DNA from: Malassezia furfur
Lineage: Eukaryota
Reading direction: 5' to 3' (one strand)
NCBI GenBank assembly: GCA_052055015.1
Contig: JBQJIT010000018.1
Length of the DNA: 20,000 nt
The notes below the pieces were generated by a model. It was not told the origin of the DNA, made no database searches, and saw only the letters and a program-made list of their open reading frames with translations. A program made the position numbers and the translations under genes. Positions within the stretch are counted from its first letter, which is position 1; every line of letters starts with the position of its first letter. Shown here one piece after another: positions 1 through 9,378 of this stretch.

Positions 1-481
1 CTTTTCGAGCGCCGCGTGCTTGCCCCGAGCGCCCTCGGTGTGGCCATAGCCAACGTCCTCGTGGTACGTGCCGTCGCGAAGCGTGATGCGCACGATTGCG
101 CTTACGCCGCAGTTGCACCGTCCGGACTCGGGGTGCACGTCGAGCTGCGTTAGAACGCGCACGTACGTAATCGATGTCGAGACTCGTCACGCTTGTCGAC
201 CACCCGTTGAAGCCAAACACCTCATTTGCCAGATCCACGACCTTCCACCCCTCGATGTACGTCAGTTTCGGCCCGCCGCCCGGCCCGGGACGTTGCGAGA
301 GGTATTCGGGGCCGAGCCGCTGGTTCAGCTTACACTGCAGCGTCGCGAGCCGTGTCGCGCTCCACACCGGCAGGCCCGTGTCCGGATCAATGTCACTGGC
401 GAGCGCTGAGCCGCCGACCCCCACCGGGAACGCGTCGTGCGCCGCACTGGGCGCAAAGGGTTCACGCGTCGTGCCGTCCAT
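1..481 (-). CDS. RAD52: DNA repair/recombination protein Rad52, 5' part (runs off the left edge). Exons 481-167 and 144-<1; intron 145-166 (22 nt).
   Basis: Not in the ORF track. Manual minus-strand translation gives MDGTTREP...LQCKLNQRLGPEYLSQRPGPGGGPKLTYIEGWKVVDLANEVFGFNGWSTSVTSLDIDY|LDVHPESGRCNCGVSAIVRITLRDGTYHEDVGYGHTEGARGKHAALEK. This has the Rad52 N-terminal motifs (LGPEY, YIEGW, ANEVFGFNGWS, EDVGYG). Intron GTACGT...CTAACGCAG, phase 0. Confidence 0.95.
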   Translation of the reverse strand, partial: MDGTTREPFAPSAAHDAFPVGVGGSALASDIDPDTGLPVWSATRLATLQCKLNQRLGPEYLSQRPGPGGGPKLTYIEGWKVVDLANEVFGFNGWSTSVTSLDIDYVRARSNAARRAPRVRTVQLRRKRNRAHHASRRHVPRGRWLWPHRGRSGQARGARK

Positions 482-523
482 CGCGTGCACTACGCCGACG
501 CGTCGTGTTGGATGGATCACGTG

Positions 524-1322
524 CTACCAAAGTTTAATGTACACGATGAACAGGAACAGCAGCGCGATTGCACCGAGGCTGCGTGAGGGCGAAAGGAAAC
601 GTACGGTGCATACTTGCGGATCATGGCGTCCACGTTGATCTTGCGTGCGGCACGGCGGTACTTAAGCGACTCGTCGCGCAGCGACGACGAGAGCGAAGAC
701 ATATCTGGGTGAGCACGGCCTGCGCGGGGCATACGTACGGTCGAGACTATCGCCGCGCCATAGCAAATCTTCCATGTTTTTGGTCATAATCTTTTGCACA
801 TCCTGCAGATCCTCGTTGAGCCGGTCGAGGTTCGAGTGTGTGACGCTCTCGGCCGTGCGCGAATCCGCGTAGAGGCGCTTGGTGCGCTGCATAAAGGTGT
901 CTGGCGTGAGTGTCGTGCCACCTACCGAACCCGACAAATGCATACGGCCGCAGGTTGCGCTGTTGCACCTGGTGCCCGTAGGAGAGCGCAAATTCCTTCG
1001 CGAGCTCGTCGAGGTAGCTGAACGCAAGCTTGCGTGGGTACGATTTGTCGGTGATCGTCAGGTATACGACCGACCTTGGGTCGCCCGGCGGTGGCTGAAC
1101 AAGGTAGCTGTGTGAGTGTGCGTGGGTGCGCGCGACGTACTGCAGCGCCATCGGCCCGCTCTCGATCGTGCACCGCGTCTCGGACATAGGCGTAAGCTTC
1201 CGGAAAATTGTCTTGGCCTGCTGCTTATACTTGGTCAGGTCAATGCCCGTCTGATCATCGTCGACGCTCTGCGCGAGCGGGAGCGCGTCCGAGACGCGCA
1301 CGACCTGCGTGGAGCGCACCAT
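524..1322 (-). CDS. SEC22: ER-Golgi R-SNARE Sec22 (longin + SNARE + C-terminal TM), about 226 aa. Exons 1322-1141, 1107-926, 900-739, 704-605, 578-524.
   Basis: MVRSTQVVRVSDALPLAQSVDD..., YPRKLAFSYLDEL, NLRPYAFVGF|DTFMQRTKRLY, DVQKIMTKNMEDLLWRGDSLD, SLKYRRAARKIN, and TM LGAIALLFLFIVYIKLW*. Four GT-AG introns (33, 25, 34, 26 nt) join the ORF fragments into a 681-nt CDS. Confidence 0.95.
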
Positions 1323-1388
1323 GACGATCCGGAGGCAGGCGCGTGGAGGGTCACGTGGCGCAAGGCGCGGCGGCTCGCCGTGACCACC

Positions 1389-2649
1389 ATGGACGCCAGT
1401 GCACCGCAGGAGGCCGATGGCCCGCCGCCGTTCGCCCGGCTGATTCTGGACTTGCGTGGCGTGTACTTTGTGATTGAGCGCGAAACGCTGATGAGCTTGC
1501 CCGAGTCCATCCTGCTTTGTCTCTTTCCCAACGGCCTCGTCCTTCCCGAGGGCGGGGCGGACGAGACGGGCGACACGACGATGCAAGACGAGCACGTATA
1601 CCACGTCGACGTACGTGCCACGCTGACGCCAGTTTGATGCGAATTGCTTGCAATACGTCCTCTCCTTCTTCCGGCGCGCCCAGGAGTACTTCTACGGCAC
1701 CGACAAGGCACCCGGTGTCTACCGCGGCATGGGCCGCGGTGCCAACATCCTTGACTTTGCCGATCCCATGCAGGGTACGGCTGGGTTTGGCAACCACTTT
1801 TATCTCCCGCTCTTCCACAAGCAGGCGATCATCGTGCTGCGCGAGGAGCTCGAATATTTCACGATCGCGCCAAAAGGCATGGCGCGCCCGGCCGTCGCGC
1901 GCCCGCCGGTGGGCAACCGCCCACCACAGGCCTCGGAGGAGTTTGCGCATCTTAAGGATGCATGCGGCGACGTGCTGCTGCAGCGCCGCCAGATCTTTAC
2001 GGCGCTTCAGCGCAACATCAACAAGGAGAACAACGTCGCCGAGCAGCACCTCATTGACATGCTGTGCATGAGCGGCTTCGAGCAGGACGACCTGTGGGGC
2101 TACCGCGCGCGCGAGGCGAACCGGTGCAGTATCACCAGTACTGCCATGGTGCTCCTCAAGACGGGCGTCACGCACCGCGGCGAGCTCCCCGAGGGCCGCG
2201 CCCCGCATCAGCCGGCGCCGCGCAAGCCGATCGGCGTGGAGCGTGCGGGGGTGGACCCAGACGCAGGGCTTGAGCCGCTGGACACGCACGTCTCCGAAGA
2301 GCAGCTCGGCGAGTGGGTCGACGATGCACAGGGTGGCTCGCTGCGCGTAAACCAGCACCAGCTGAACACCACGCAAAAGCTGCTCCTCTTTTGGCGCAAA
2401 CCTGCGGTACGTGCACACACTGACCACAGCGGAAATGCTGGTGGGACGGCATTGATCTGGTGGTGCCGAGCGACGGCATCGCGACCAAGCCGCAGCCCGC
2501 GCCGTCCTTGGCGACGCTCGGCACCCTCTCGCCGCAGGAGCGCACGTGGCTCGAGCAGGGCAAAGGCCTGCTCGTCCGCGTGTGGGTCCGCCGGATCTGG
2601 ACGCTCGAAGTGAGCTTGGTACGTGGGCGTGGGCTGACCACAGATTTGA
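1389..2649 (+). CDS. WHI2: Whi2-family BTB/POZ growth-regulation protein (phosphatase activator), about 396 aa. Exons 1389-1610, 1633-2406, 2430-2618, 2644-2649.
   Basis: LDLRGVYFVIERETLMSLPESILLCLFPNG, VD|FDANCLQYVL, IIVLREELEYFTI, EQHLIDMLCMSGF, KLLLFWRKPA|RKCWW and the Whi2-type ending RRIWTLEVSL|I*. Introns of 22, 23 and 25 nt, all GTACGT...CTGAC-NN-CAG. Confidence 0.92.
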
Positions 2650-2801
2650 GCGCATCGCGTGCAGCGCAAGAGATACCAATTGTAGCTATAGTATCGTCGG
2701 CAGGTCCTCGGAACGCAGCGCCCGGCGGCCACCCGCGGTTCGGGGCACGGGCGGGCCTACAGTGGGTGGATGGATCGTACGTCGTGGGTCTACCATTCAC
2801 G

Positions 2802-3405
2802 CTATGCCTTCATGTGCGAACGCAGGATCTCTTCGGCCATCTCGCGCACCGCCTGCTCGCTGCGCTGGTCGACGAGCGTCTCGGTGTCGAGCTTCTTGCC
2901 GATGCCGAGGGGATAGCGGCTGGGTGAGCGGGAGCGCGACATACCGGAAGAGCGACACCTTGGACGCGACGCCGGGCATCTCATGCATGCGCAGAAACTG
3001 CAGCCAGCGATCGACGGTCGCGTCGCTCGCATCGTACACCTTGATGCTCCGGCGGTGCGTGCGGCGCCAGAAATTTTCCTGGGATTTTTTATGAACAAAC
3101 GGCCCGCGTGGCACGGTCCAGAGCGAGGTGCGCGTCGGGAGCGACGCAATCCCGCCCGTGGGGATCTCGAGCGCCTGTGCACACCGCAACGCAAAGTCTG
3201 CGAAGAAGTCCAGGTCGAACGTCTTCTGGTTGTACGACTTGAGCTGCAGCGTCGCGACGTGCACACCGTGCGTCGGCTTCACCGGCGCGACCGGCGGAAT
3301 GAGTTCTGTGGCCACCGCCGGCTCGCTCGACTCGGAGCTGTACGCCCGCGTGAGCCGCCGCAACGCGCGTGGCACGCTCGCCGCTCGCTGCGCTGCCCAG
3401 AACAT
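2802..3405 (-). CDS. RSM10: Mitochondrial small-subunit ribosomal protein uS10m (Rsm10), about 192 aa. Exons 3405-2945 and 2919-2802.
   Basis: Arg-rich presequence MFWAAQRAASVPRALRRLTRAYSS; S10 motif LPTRTSLWTVPRGPFVHKKSQENFWRRTHRRSIK. A 25-nt intron at 2920-2944 (GTATGT...CTCACCCAG) joins to RYPLGIGKK...SHMKA*. Confidence 0.9.
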
Positions 3406-3448
3406 GGCGAGAAGACAGGCGTCGCGAATAAGATTAGTCAGCGGGTAT

Positions 3449-6400
3449 CTACGACGGCGCCGCGCGCGCAAGGCGCCGGGCGCGGCGCGCCTCGTAGGCG
3501 TCGCGCACCGCAGCGCGGATCACCTCGATGCTGCGGCTGCCCTCTTCCACGTTGGCCATCGCCGTGCGGAGGAGGGCGCGGACCTGGTCGGCGGTCCAGA
3601 CGAGATTATAAGATGTGCTGTAGTGCGCCGTACTCGGGTCGAACCCGGGCTGCACCGCGTTGGGAAACAGGGGGCAGTACACCAGCCGTACGTCGGGGAC
3701 GCGGCCCGCGGGCTTGCCGCGGCGCAGGCGCCACCCATCGAAGCGCTGCGCAAGGCGCGCCTCGTACTCGTTGCGGATGCGCTCCGCCTCGTCCTGCAAC
3801 GCCTCGGGGGTGTGCTCGGTGCCCTGCTCCTTGCGCTGCTGCGCCTGCGCCGCATTCGCCTCGCCCGCACGCTTCGCAGCCTCGTTGGCGGCTTGGGTCT
3901 CAGGTTGGATTTCGACGTGCAGGCCACACTCGCTCGCAAACTCGTGCAGGCGCTCGACAGCCGCCCCGAGCTTCACGTCGGAGGACGAGTCGAAGGAGAT
4001 CAGCACGTCGGCGTCGCGCTCGTCGCGTGCCAGCACGTGGTTCGGCAGGTTGTTCGACAGGCCGCTGTCCATGAGACGCAGGCGCTTGGAGTGCTCCCAC
4101 GACCACTCGTGCCGCGGCGCAGGTCCCCCATCGGACGGCGCCGCTGCGCCCTCGGCGGAGGGCCCAGGGACGTCGTAGAGCGGCGCCATGAATGTCTCGG
4201 GGTCGTAGTTTGACATGGACGAGGTGATCGACGCATCGCTGCCCCGCCTTTGCCGCAGCGGGTTCTCGACCGAGATGTCGCCGAGTTTGGGGATCGTGGG
4301 CATTTGGATGTCGGGCAGCTTGGGCATGTGCGGCAGTTGGACGTGGGGGAGCTTGGTGAGGAACGCGTTGAAGGGCGTAGCAGCGTCCGGTGCGGCTTCT
4401 GGCGTGGGAGCGTCCGGTGTGACGTCCGACGTCGCCTTGTCGGGCGTCGCATGGTCGGGCGCCGCCTTCTCCGGGCTGGCAGCCTCGGGCGCCGCCGCCG
4501 CCGCCGCCTCCGTTGGCGCGCCTTGGGGCGCCTCGTGCACACTCTCGCCCAGCTCCTTGAGCGGCGGCGCGAACAGCGCCGGCGCCGGCCGCTCGCCGTT
4601 GCCGGGCCGTGCGTTGAGCCCGTCGCTGGTGAGGGTACCGCCGAGGCGCGCGTCGCCGAGCGCCGGCCCCGATTGCATGGCAACCGCCTGTGCGGTCGGG
4701 TCGCTGTACGGCTGGTCGACGATGCTTGTCGGGCGCGTGCGTGGCTCGGCGGGCGGGTGCTGCCCCTCCGGCGGGCGCGCGGCGCTCGGCGCGGTGCTGG
4801 CAGCCGGCATCGAGATCGCGCGGTCGTCCATGCCGTGGCCATAGAACGGGTTGGGCTCGTCGGCGGCGCGGATCGGATTGCCCCAGCGCTTCTCCCAGCG
4901 CTTCATCTTGATAAACTCGTTCACCCAGCTGAGCAACGTCGACATGACCGTGCCCTCGGGAATCGATGCGAGCATCGTCGAGATGTAGGCGGTGAGCGGC
5001 CCCGCAGGTGCGCCGGTGCACTGCCCCACGATCATCGCGAGGTTCACCTCCGGCTCGCGCTTGAGCGACACGCCGTTCTTAAAGCGGCGGCCGTAGCTCC
5101 ACGTCGGGATCCACGCGCCGACATTGCGCGAGCCCAGCTCCAGCGGGCTGATCTCGTACCAGTCGTACCCGCCGCCGACGAGCTGCCGCGCCTCGTACGC
5201 GTCCGCATGCGGCGCGGTGCCCTGGGCGACCGCGGCGGGGTGCGGCGCCGGCGGCTGCTCGTGCGACACGGGCGCCGTCTGGCCCTTCTGCGGGCGCGGG
5301 CGCCACACGCGGCGCACGCCTGTGAGGATCGGTAGCGGCGCAGCGGCCTCGTGGAGCTTGGCGCGCTCCCACACCTTGGACCACTGGAACGAGGTGCGGC
5401 GCATCCCCTCGCTCGGCATATACTCGCCGTGCTCCGTGCTCTCGTGCACGGGCGTCTCCGGGCGCTTGGCGTCCGGGCCATGGTACGAGCAGTCCGTGCC
5501 AAACAGCGCGAGGGGGCGCGGCAGATACTGGTAGGAGAGCACGAGCGTCGCGTAAAAGTCCATCAGGCGGCACGCCACGCTGCGCCCGCGCGATTTGCGC
5601 AGCAGCGGGCCCAGCAGGTAGTAGATGCCGTTCTGGCTGCGCGCGACGCGGTCCATCGCCTGCACGCTCATCGGGTGCGCCTCCTCGTGCGCCATGGCGA
5701 GCAGGTGCGCAATCAGCACGTCGGTCGAGCAAGAGGCGATCGTGTACAGCGCCGCAATCGTCCAGCAGCTCCCGCTCACGCCCGACGCCCACGTCGTGCA
5801 CTGCCAGAGGCCCGTGTTCTCCGCCTCCTTGATGAAGCCCGCGTACGCATACATCGCGCGATAGCCGCCGCCCGAGCCGCCGATCGCGATGAGCGGCACG
5901 TCGTCGGGGTGCACGTACGTGCCCTCGGGCAGCCGCAGAAAGTGCGCGAGCGCATTGTTGCCCTCGGACGAGATGCGCCGCCGCCGCTGCGCTATGAACG
6001 CGACCTCGTCATCGTGCAGCTCCGGCGAACAGCGCACCTTGGCGTCCCACTCGAGCTCAGGATAGGTCGCCGTGTCCTGAGTGTCCTGGTCGACCTGCGC
6101 GGCGAGCTGCGACAGGTCCGACCACCGCCACCGCCATCGCTGCAGCCGCGGCAGCGCCGTGAGCCGCGGCGGCGGCGGCAGATTGAGTGGTAGCTGGGGG
6201 GGTGGGAAGAGATAGGGGAAGCGCCGCTCCTGCCACCACGGCGTAGACGGCGCCTCCGCCTCGGCCGCCGTGGCTCCAGGTGCCGCATCGGATTCGGCTG
6301 CGCCATCGCCACGCCGCGTCGCGTTGGCGAGCAACTGCTGCATCCGGCCCCACGACGTCGCGCCGTGCCCGCCCTCGGTCGACTCATACCACACCCAGTG

Positions 6401-6523
6401 CCCACCCGGTCGCAGCCGCGACGAGATGGGGCGCGCCGCAAACAGCGTCACGAGCGTACAGATCAAGTAGCACTTGATGTACAAGTACGCCGGTGACGAT
6501 CGGATCCGGTGCAGCCAGGCCAT
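3449..6523 (-). CDS. Cytosolic phospholipase A2 / lysophospholipase (PLAc domain) family protein with an N-terminal hydrophobic anchor, about 1024 aa, apparently intronless
   Basis: Single ORF; first ATG gives MAWLHRIRSS. Gly-rich oxyanion motif IAIGGSGGGYRAM, nucleophile motif SGVSGSCW, APLPILTGVR, WYEISPLELG, WIPTWSYGRRF, and catalytic-Asp motif LMDSG. Hydrophobic stretch AYLYIKCYLICTLVTLFAA near the N-terminus. Confidence 0.88.
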   Translation of the reverse strand: MAWLHRIRSSPAYLYIKCYLICTLVTLFAARPISSRLRPGGHWVWYESTEGGHGATSWGRMQQLLANATRRGDGAAESDAAPGATAAEAEAPSTPWWQERRFPYLFPPPQLPLNLPPPPRLTALPRLQRWRWRWSDLSQLAAQVDQDTQDTATYPELEWDAKVRCSPELHDDEVAFIAQRRRRISSEGNNALAHFLRLPEGTYVHPDDVPLIAIGGSGGGYRAMYAYAGFIKEAENTGLWQCTTWASGVSGSCWTIAALYTIASCSTDVLIAHLLAMAHEEAHPMSVQAMDRVARSQNGIYYLLGPLLRKSRGRSVACRLMDFYATLVLSYQYLPRPLALFGTDCSYHGPDAKRPETPVHESTEHGEYMPSEGMRRTSFQWSKVWERAKLHEAAAPLPILTGVRRVWRPRPQKGQTAPVSHEQPPAPHPAAVAQGTAPHADAYEARQLVGGGYDWYEISPLELGSRNVGAWIPTWSYGRRFKNGVSLKREPEVNLAMIVGQCTGAPAGPLTAYISTMLASIPEGTVMSTLLSWVNEFIKMKRWEKRWGNPIRAADEPNPFYGHGMDDRAISMPAASTAPSAARPPEGQHPPAEPRTRPTSIVDQPYSDPTAQAVAMQSGPALGDARLGGTLTSDGLNARPGNGERPAPALFAPPLKELGESVHEAPQGAPTEAAAAAAPEAASPEKAAPDHATPDKATSDVTPDAPTPEAAPDAATPFNAFLTKLPHVQLPHMPKLPDIQMPTIPKLGDISVENPLRQRRGSDASITSSMSNYDPETFMAPLYDVPGPSAEGAAAPSDGGPAPRHEWSWEHSKRLRLMDSGLSNNLPNHVLARDERDADVLISFDSSSDVKLGAAVERLHEFASECGLHVEIQPETQAANEAAKRAGEANAAQAQQRKEQGTEHTPEALQDEAERIRNEYEARLAQRFDGWRLRRGKPAGRVPDVRLVYCPLFPNAVQPGFDPSTAHYSTSYNLVWTADQVRALLRTAMANVEEGSRSIEVIRAAVRDAYEARRARRLARAAPS

Positions 6524-6586
6524 CGTGCGTCGGCGCGAAGGCCACGGCGCATTAGGCGCACGCCCACGTGCAGGCACAGTGGAGGC

Positions 6587-8176
6587 TTACCAACCGAGTG
6601 CGCCGGGGTGCCACGGCAGGTCCTCCTCCGTGTCCTCCACACGCGTCTGCGCGTCGATCTCGGCGAGCAACACGTGCAGCAGCGCACGCGTCGCCTCGTA
6701 CAGCTGCGGCGACATGCCGGGCACGGGCGCGTAGGTCAGCACGCTCACCACGTCGCTCGTCGGGTACGGCGGGAGCGTTGACGCTCGCGTCGACCCCGCG
6801 TCCGTCTCGCGCGCCTCCTCCTCGTCCTTGGCCTCCTCCGCCGCATCGGACGCGTTGCGCGCGAGCGCCTTCTGTGTGCGCTCACGGATCGTCACAGCGT
6901 GCTCACCAAATTGCTTTTCGAGCGCCGCTTGTGTCTCGGGCACACCGCGTGTATAGGTAGTCAGAATGGTGTTTTGCGCGGCGCGCACATCACTAGTCGC
7001 CGCCTCGATGGCCTCGCCCATCTTGCTCTGCTGCTCCTGCATCGCTTTTTCGCGGGCAAACGACGTGCGAATCTCGTTGGTGATGTAGGTGCGGCAGAAC
7101 TGGCACTGTGCATACGAAGCCTCCATGTGCGCGTACATAGTCATCTCGTCCATCGCGCCGACCCGACGCCGGCCGGGCAACTTGGAGAGGTCCACCAGCT
7201 CAAACGTGGGCGCACGGTGCACCATCTTTTGGCGTATGCGTGCCCGCGCGACACATGTGTGAAACTCACCAAGACTCGACTTGCAGCTCAGCAGGCGTGG
7301 CATGCTCTGGTCGGCAAACGCCAGCGCCGAGCCAGAAAAGAGCTTCTGGTGGTGCTTGTTGTTCTGCGGCACCCCCATTTTCATGCCGAGCTGCAGGATC
7401 GTGCGGATGAGCTTTAAGCAGTCCTCCACATGCTTGTCCGCGAACTTGAGCGCCTGGCGCGCACGCCGCTCACGGTCGATCTCGGTGGGAATCAGCCGGT
7501 GCAAGGCCGACTGCAACTCGACTTCCCATCGCAGCGTCTCGAGCACCGGGAATGCGCTCACGGTCTCGGGCGGGAAGATGCGCGCACCAAGCATCTGCAG
7601 TTGCGTACGTAGCGCATCGTAGCGCGCGCGCGCACTCACGAGGGCATCGCGTGTGCGCTCCAGCTCCGCCTGGCGCGCAACGTCGGCGTCCACCTTGGCT
7701 TGTGCCGCGTCGCGCGCCTGTATCGCGGCAGTCAACTCGGCCTTGAGGTCTAGCATGTTCCGCGAGCGGCGCTGCAGTGCAGGCACAAGGCGCACGAGCA
7801 CCGCCTTGGCCGACTTGTCGTACGCGGCTTGCCGCTTTGCTCTGCGTCAGTGGAGGTGAACGCACGCTGCATCCTGGGCACGCTTCAGCACGACCGACGC
7901 AGTCTCGATCGAGCCCGAAATTTTCCATAGATCACGCTTGTTCGTCTCCTGTTGTGTGGGCACGTCGCCCAGGCTGACGAGCTCGGCTGCATCAGTGGCT
8001 GCACCTACCGTACAGACGGGTATACTGTGTAAGTGTTGTAGACGCACCTCGTCTCCGCTCTCTTGGAACTGTGGGAAATACGACGGCGGTGACGCCCAGG
8101 CGGGCTCGCGCGCGAGCACCACGCTTGGGTCGTGTGGCGCGCCTCCATTCGCCGACTGCATTGTCTTGGCTGTCAT
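6587..8176 (-). CDS. Hypothetical helical/coiled-coil protein, about 506 aa. Exons 8176-8048, 8024-8009 (16-nt micro-exon), 7986-7866, 7841-6587.
   Basis: The 404-aa ORF 6587-7801 extends upstream through three consensus introns: 8025-8047 (GTGCGT...CTTACACAG), 7987-8008 (GTAGGT...CTGATGCAG) and 7842-7865 (GTGCGT...CTGACGCAG). The spliced CDS is 1521 nt and in frame. The start could be 8176 or 8161. Heptad-like segments and a PPPY-like LPPY near the C-terminus. Family not recognised. Confidence 0.7.
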
Positions 8177-8225
8177 CCCGCTCGGACTGCGCGGGGAAGA
8201 GTGGAGGTGTCTTTGTACATCGGCC

Positions 8226-9378
8226 ATGGAGGGCGCCGAGGCAAATGACAACGCCGCGCGCCCGGCGGCCTCCGCCGAGGCGATCGATGGTGGCACGGGG
8301 TACAAGTACCAGCAGGAGATTGCACAGATGGTATGCCCCGTACACTCACCTAGATGTTCGTCTCGACCGAAGTCGAGAATCCAGACCCACAAGTCACCCG
8401 GCTGATCGAAGATATCGTGCGCAACCAGGTGATCGAGATGGTGCGTGTGCGCGCCACTGACGCAGATCATCCAATCGCGTTGGCTTGCGATGCGCCGCTC
8501 GTCTAAATACCTCATGCCAGAGGACCTAATTTTCCTGATCCGGTACGATCGCGCCAAGGTCAATCGGCTGCGTACGTACCTGAGCTGGAAGGACGTGCGC
8601 AAGAACGCCAAGGACTCGGGCGGCGACGGTGGCGCAGGGCCGGCCGCGGGAGGGGATGCTGGCGAGGGCATCGAGGACACCGCCGTCGACGGGCCCCTCC
8701 GCAACAACAAGCGCAAACTCAAGCTCCCCTGGGAGCTCTCTGCCCTCTTTTTTGAATACCCGCTCGTCGCAAACCCAAACCCAGGCATGGGCGAAGAGGC
8801 TGAAGACGAGGACGAAGATACCATCGAAACCAACGAGGACAGCCTGCGCCGCCTCAAGGCCGCCGACGAGACGACGCGGCGTATGACGCGCGAGGAGTAC
8901 GTCTTCTACTCCGAGTGCCGGCAGGCTTCGTTCACTTTCCGCAAGGGTATGTGGTGCGACTCACTCAGCGAAACGCTTCCGCGAATTTATTAACTCGAGT
9001 CATTACCTGGACGTCAAGCCGAGCGACGACACGATCGATATTCTGGGGTTCCTGGCCTTTGAGGTGGTCCACGAACTGTGCACGTCGGCGATGCGCATCA
9101 AGCGCGAATGGGAGGAACGGGCGCAGGGGGTGCAGGCACGTACACAGCGCACGTTTGAGCACACCGATGCAAAAGAAGACGGCGCCCCCGACGAACACGC
9201 CGAAGAGGCAGCATGCACCCTGTTCAGTCTCCCACCCAGCGCTGAGCCACCGCTCGAGGCCTGGCACATCCGCGAGGCGTTTGCGCAGCTTCAGCGCGAC
9301 CGCCGCCTGCTTGAGACGGGACGCAGGACGGCAGGACCGACAGGCGGCTTGCGTCGTACACAGGTATTTGTCATCTAG
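8226..9378 (+). CDS. SPT3: SAGA complex subunit Spt3, about 360 aa. Exons 8226-8330, 8354-8440, 8466-8946, 8969-9378.
   Basis: YKYQQEIAQM|MFVSTEVENPD...LIEDIVRNQVIEM|II..., EDLIFLIRYDRAKVNRLRTYLSWKDVRKNAKD, RLKAADETTRRMTREEYVFYSECRQASFTFRK|AKRFREF, DDTIDILGFLAFEVV. Introns of 23, 25 and 22 nt. Confidence 0.95.

Noticed and set aside
2686..2796. Small minus-strand ORF (MVDPRR...EDLPTIL, 36 aa) with an intron-like GTACGA...TGTAG at 2757-2780
   Set aside because: Weak donor and branch match, no recognisable motif, and it lies within the expected RSM10 3' UTR.
3406..3471. N-terminal extensions of RSM10 (to 3471) and PLA2 (to 6577) shown in the ORF track
   Set aside because: They begin at non-ATG codons, and the RSM10 one overlaps the upstream CDS. 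The first ATGs (3405 and 6523) give sensible N-termini.
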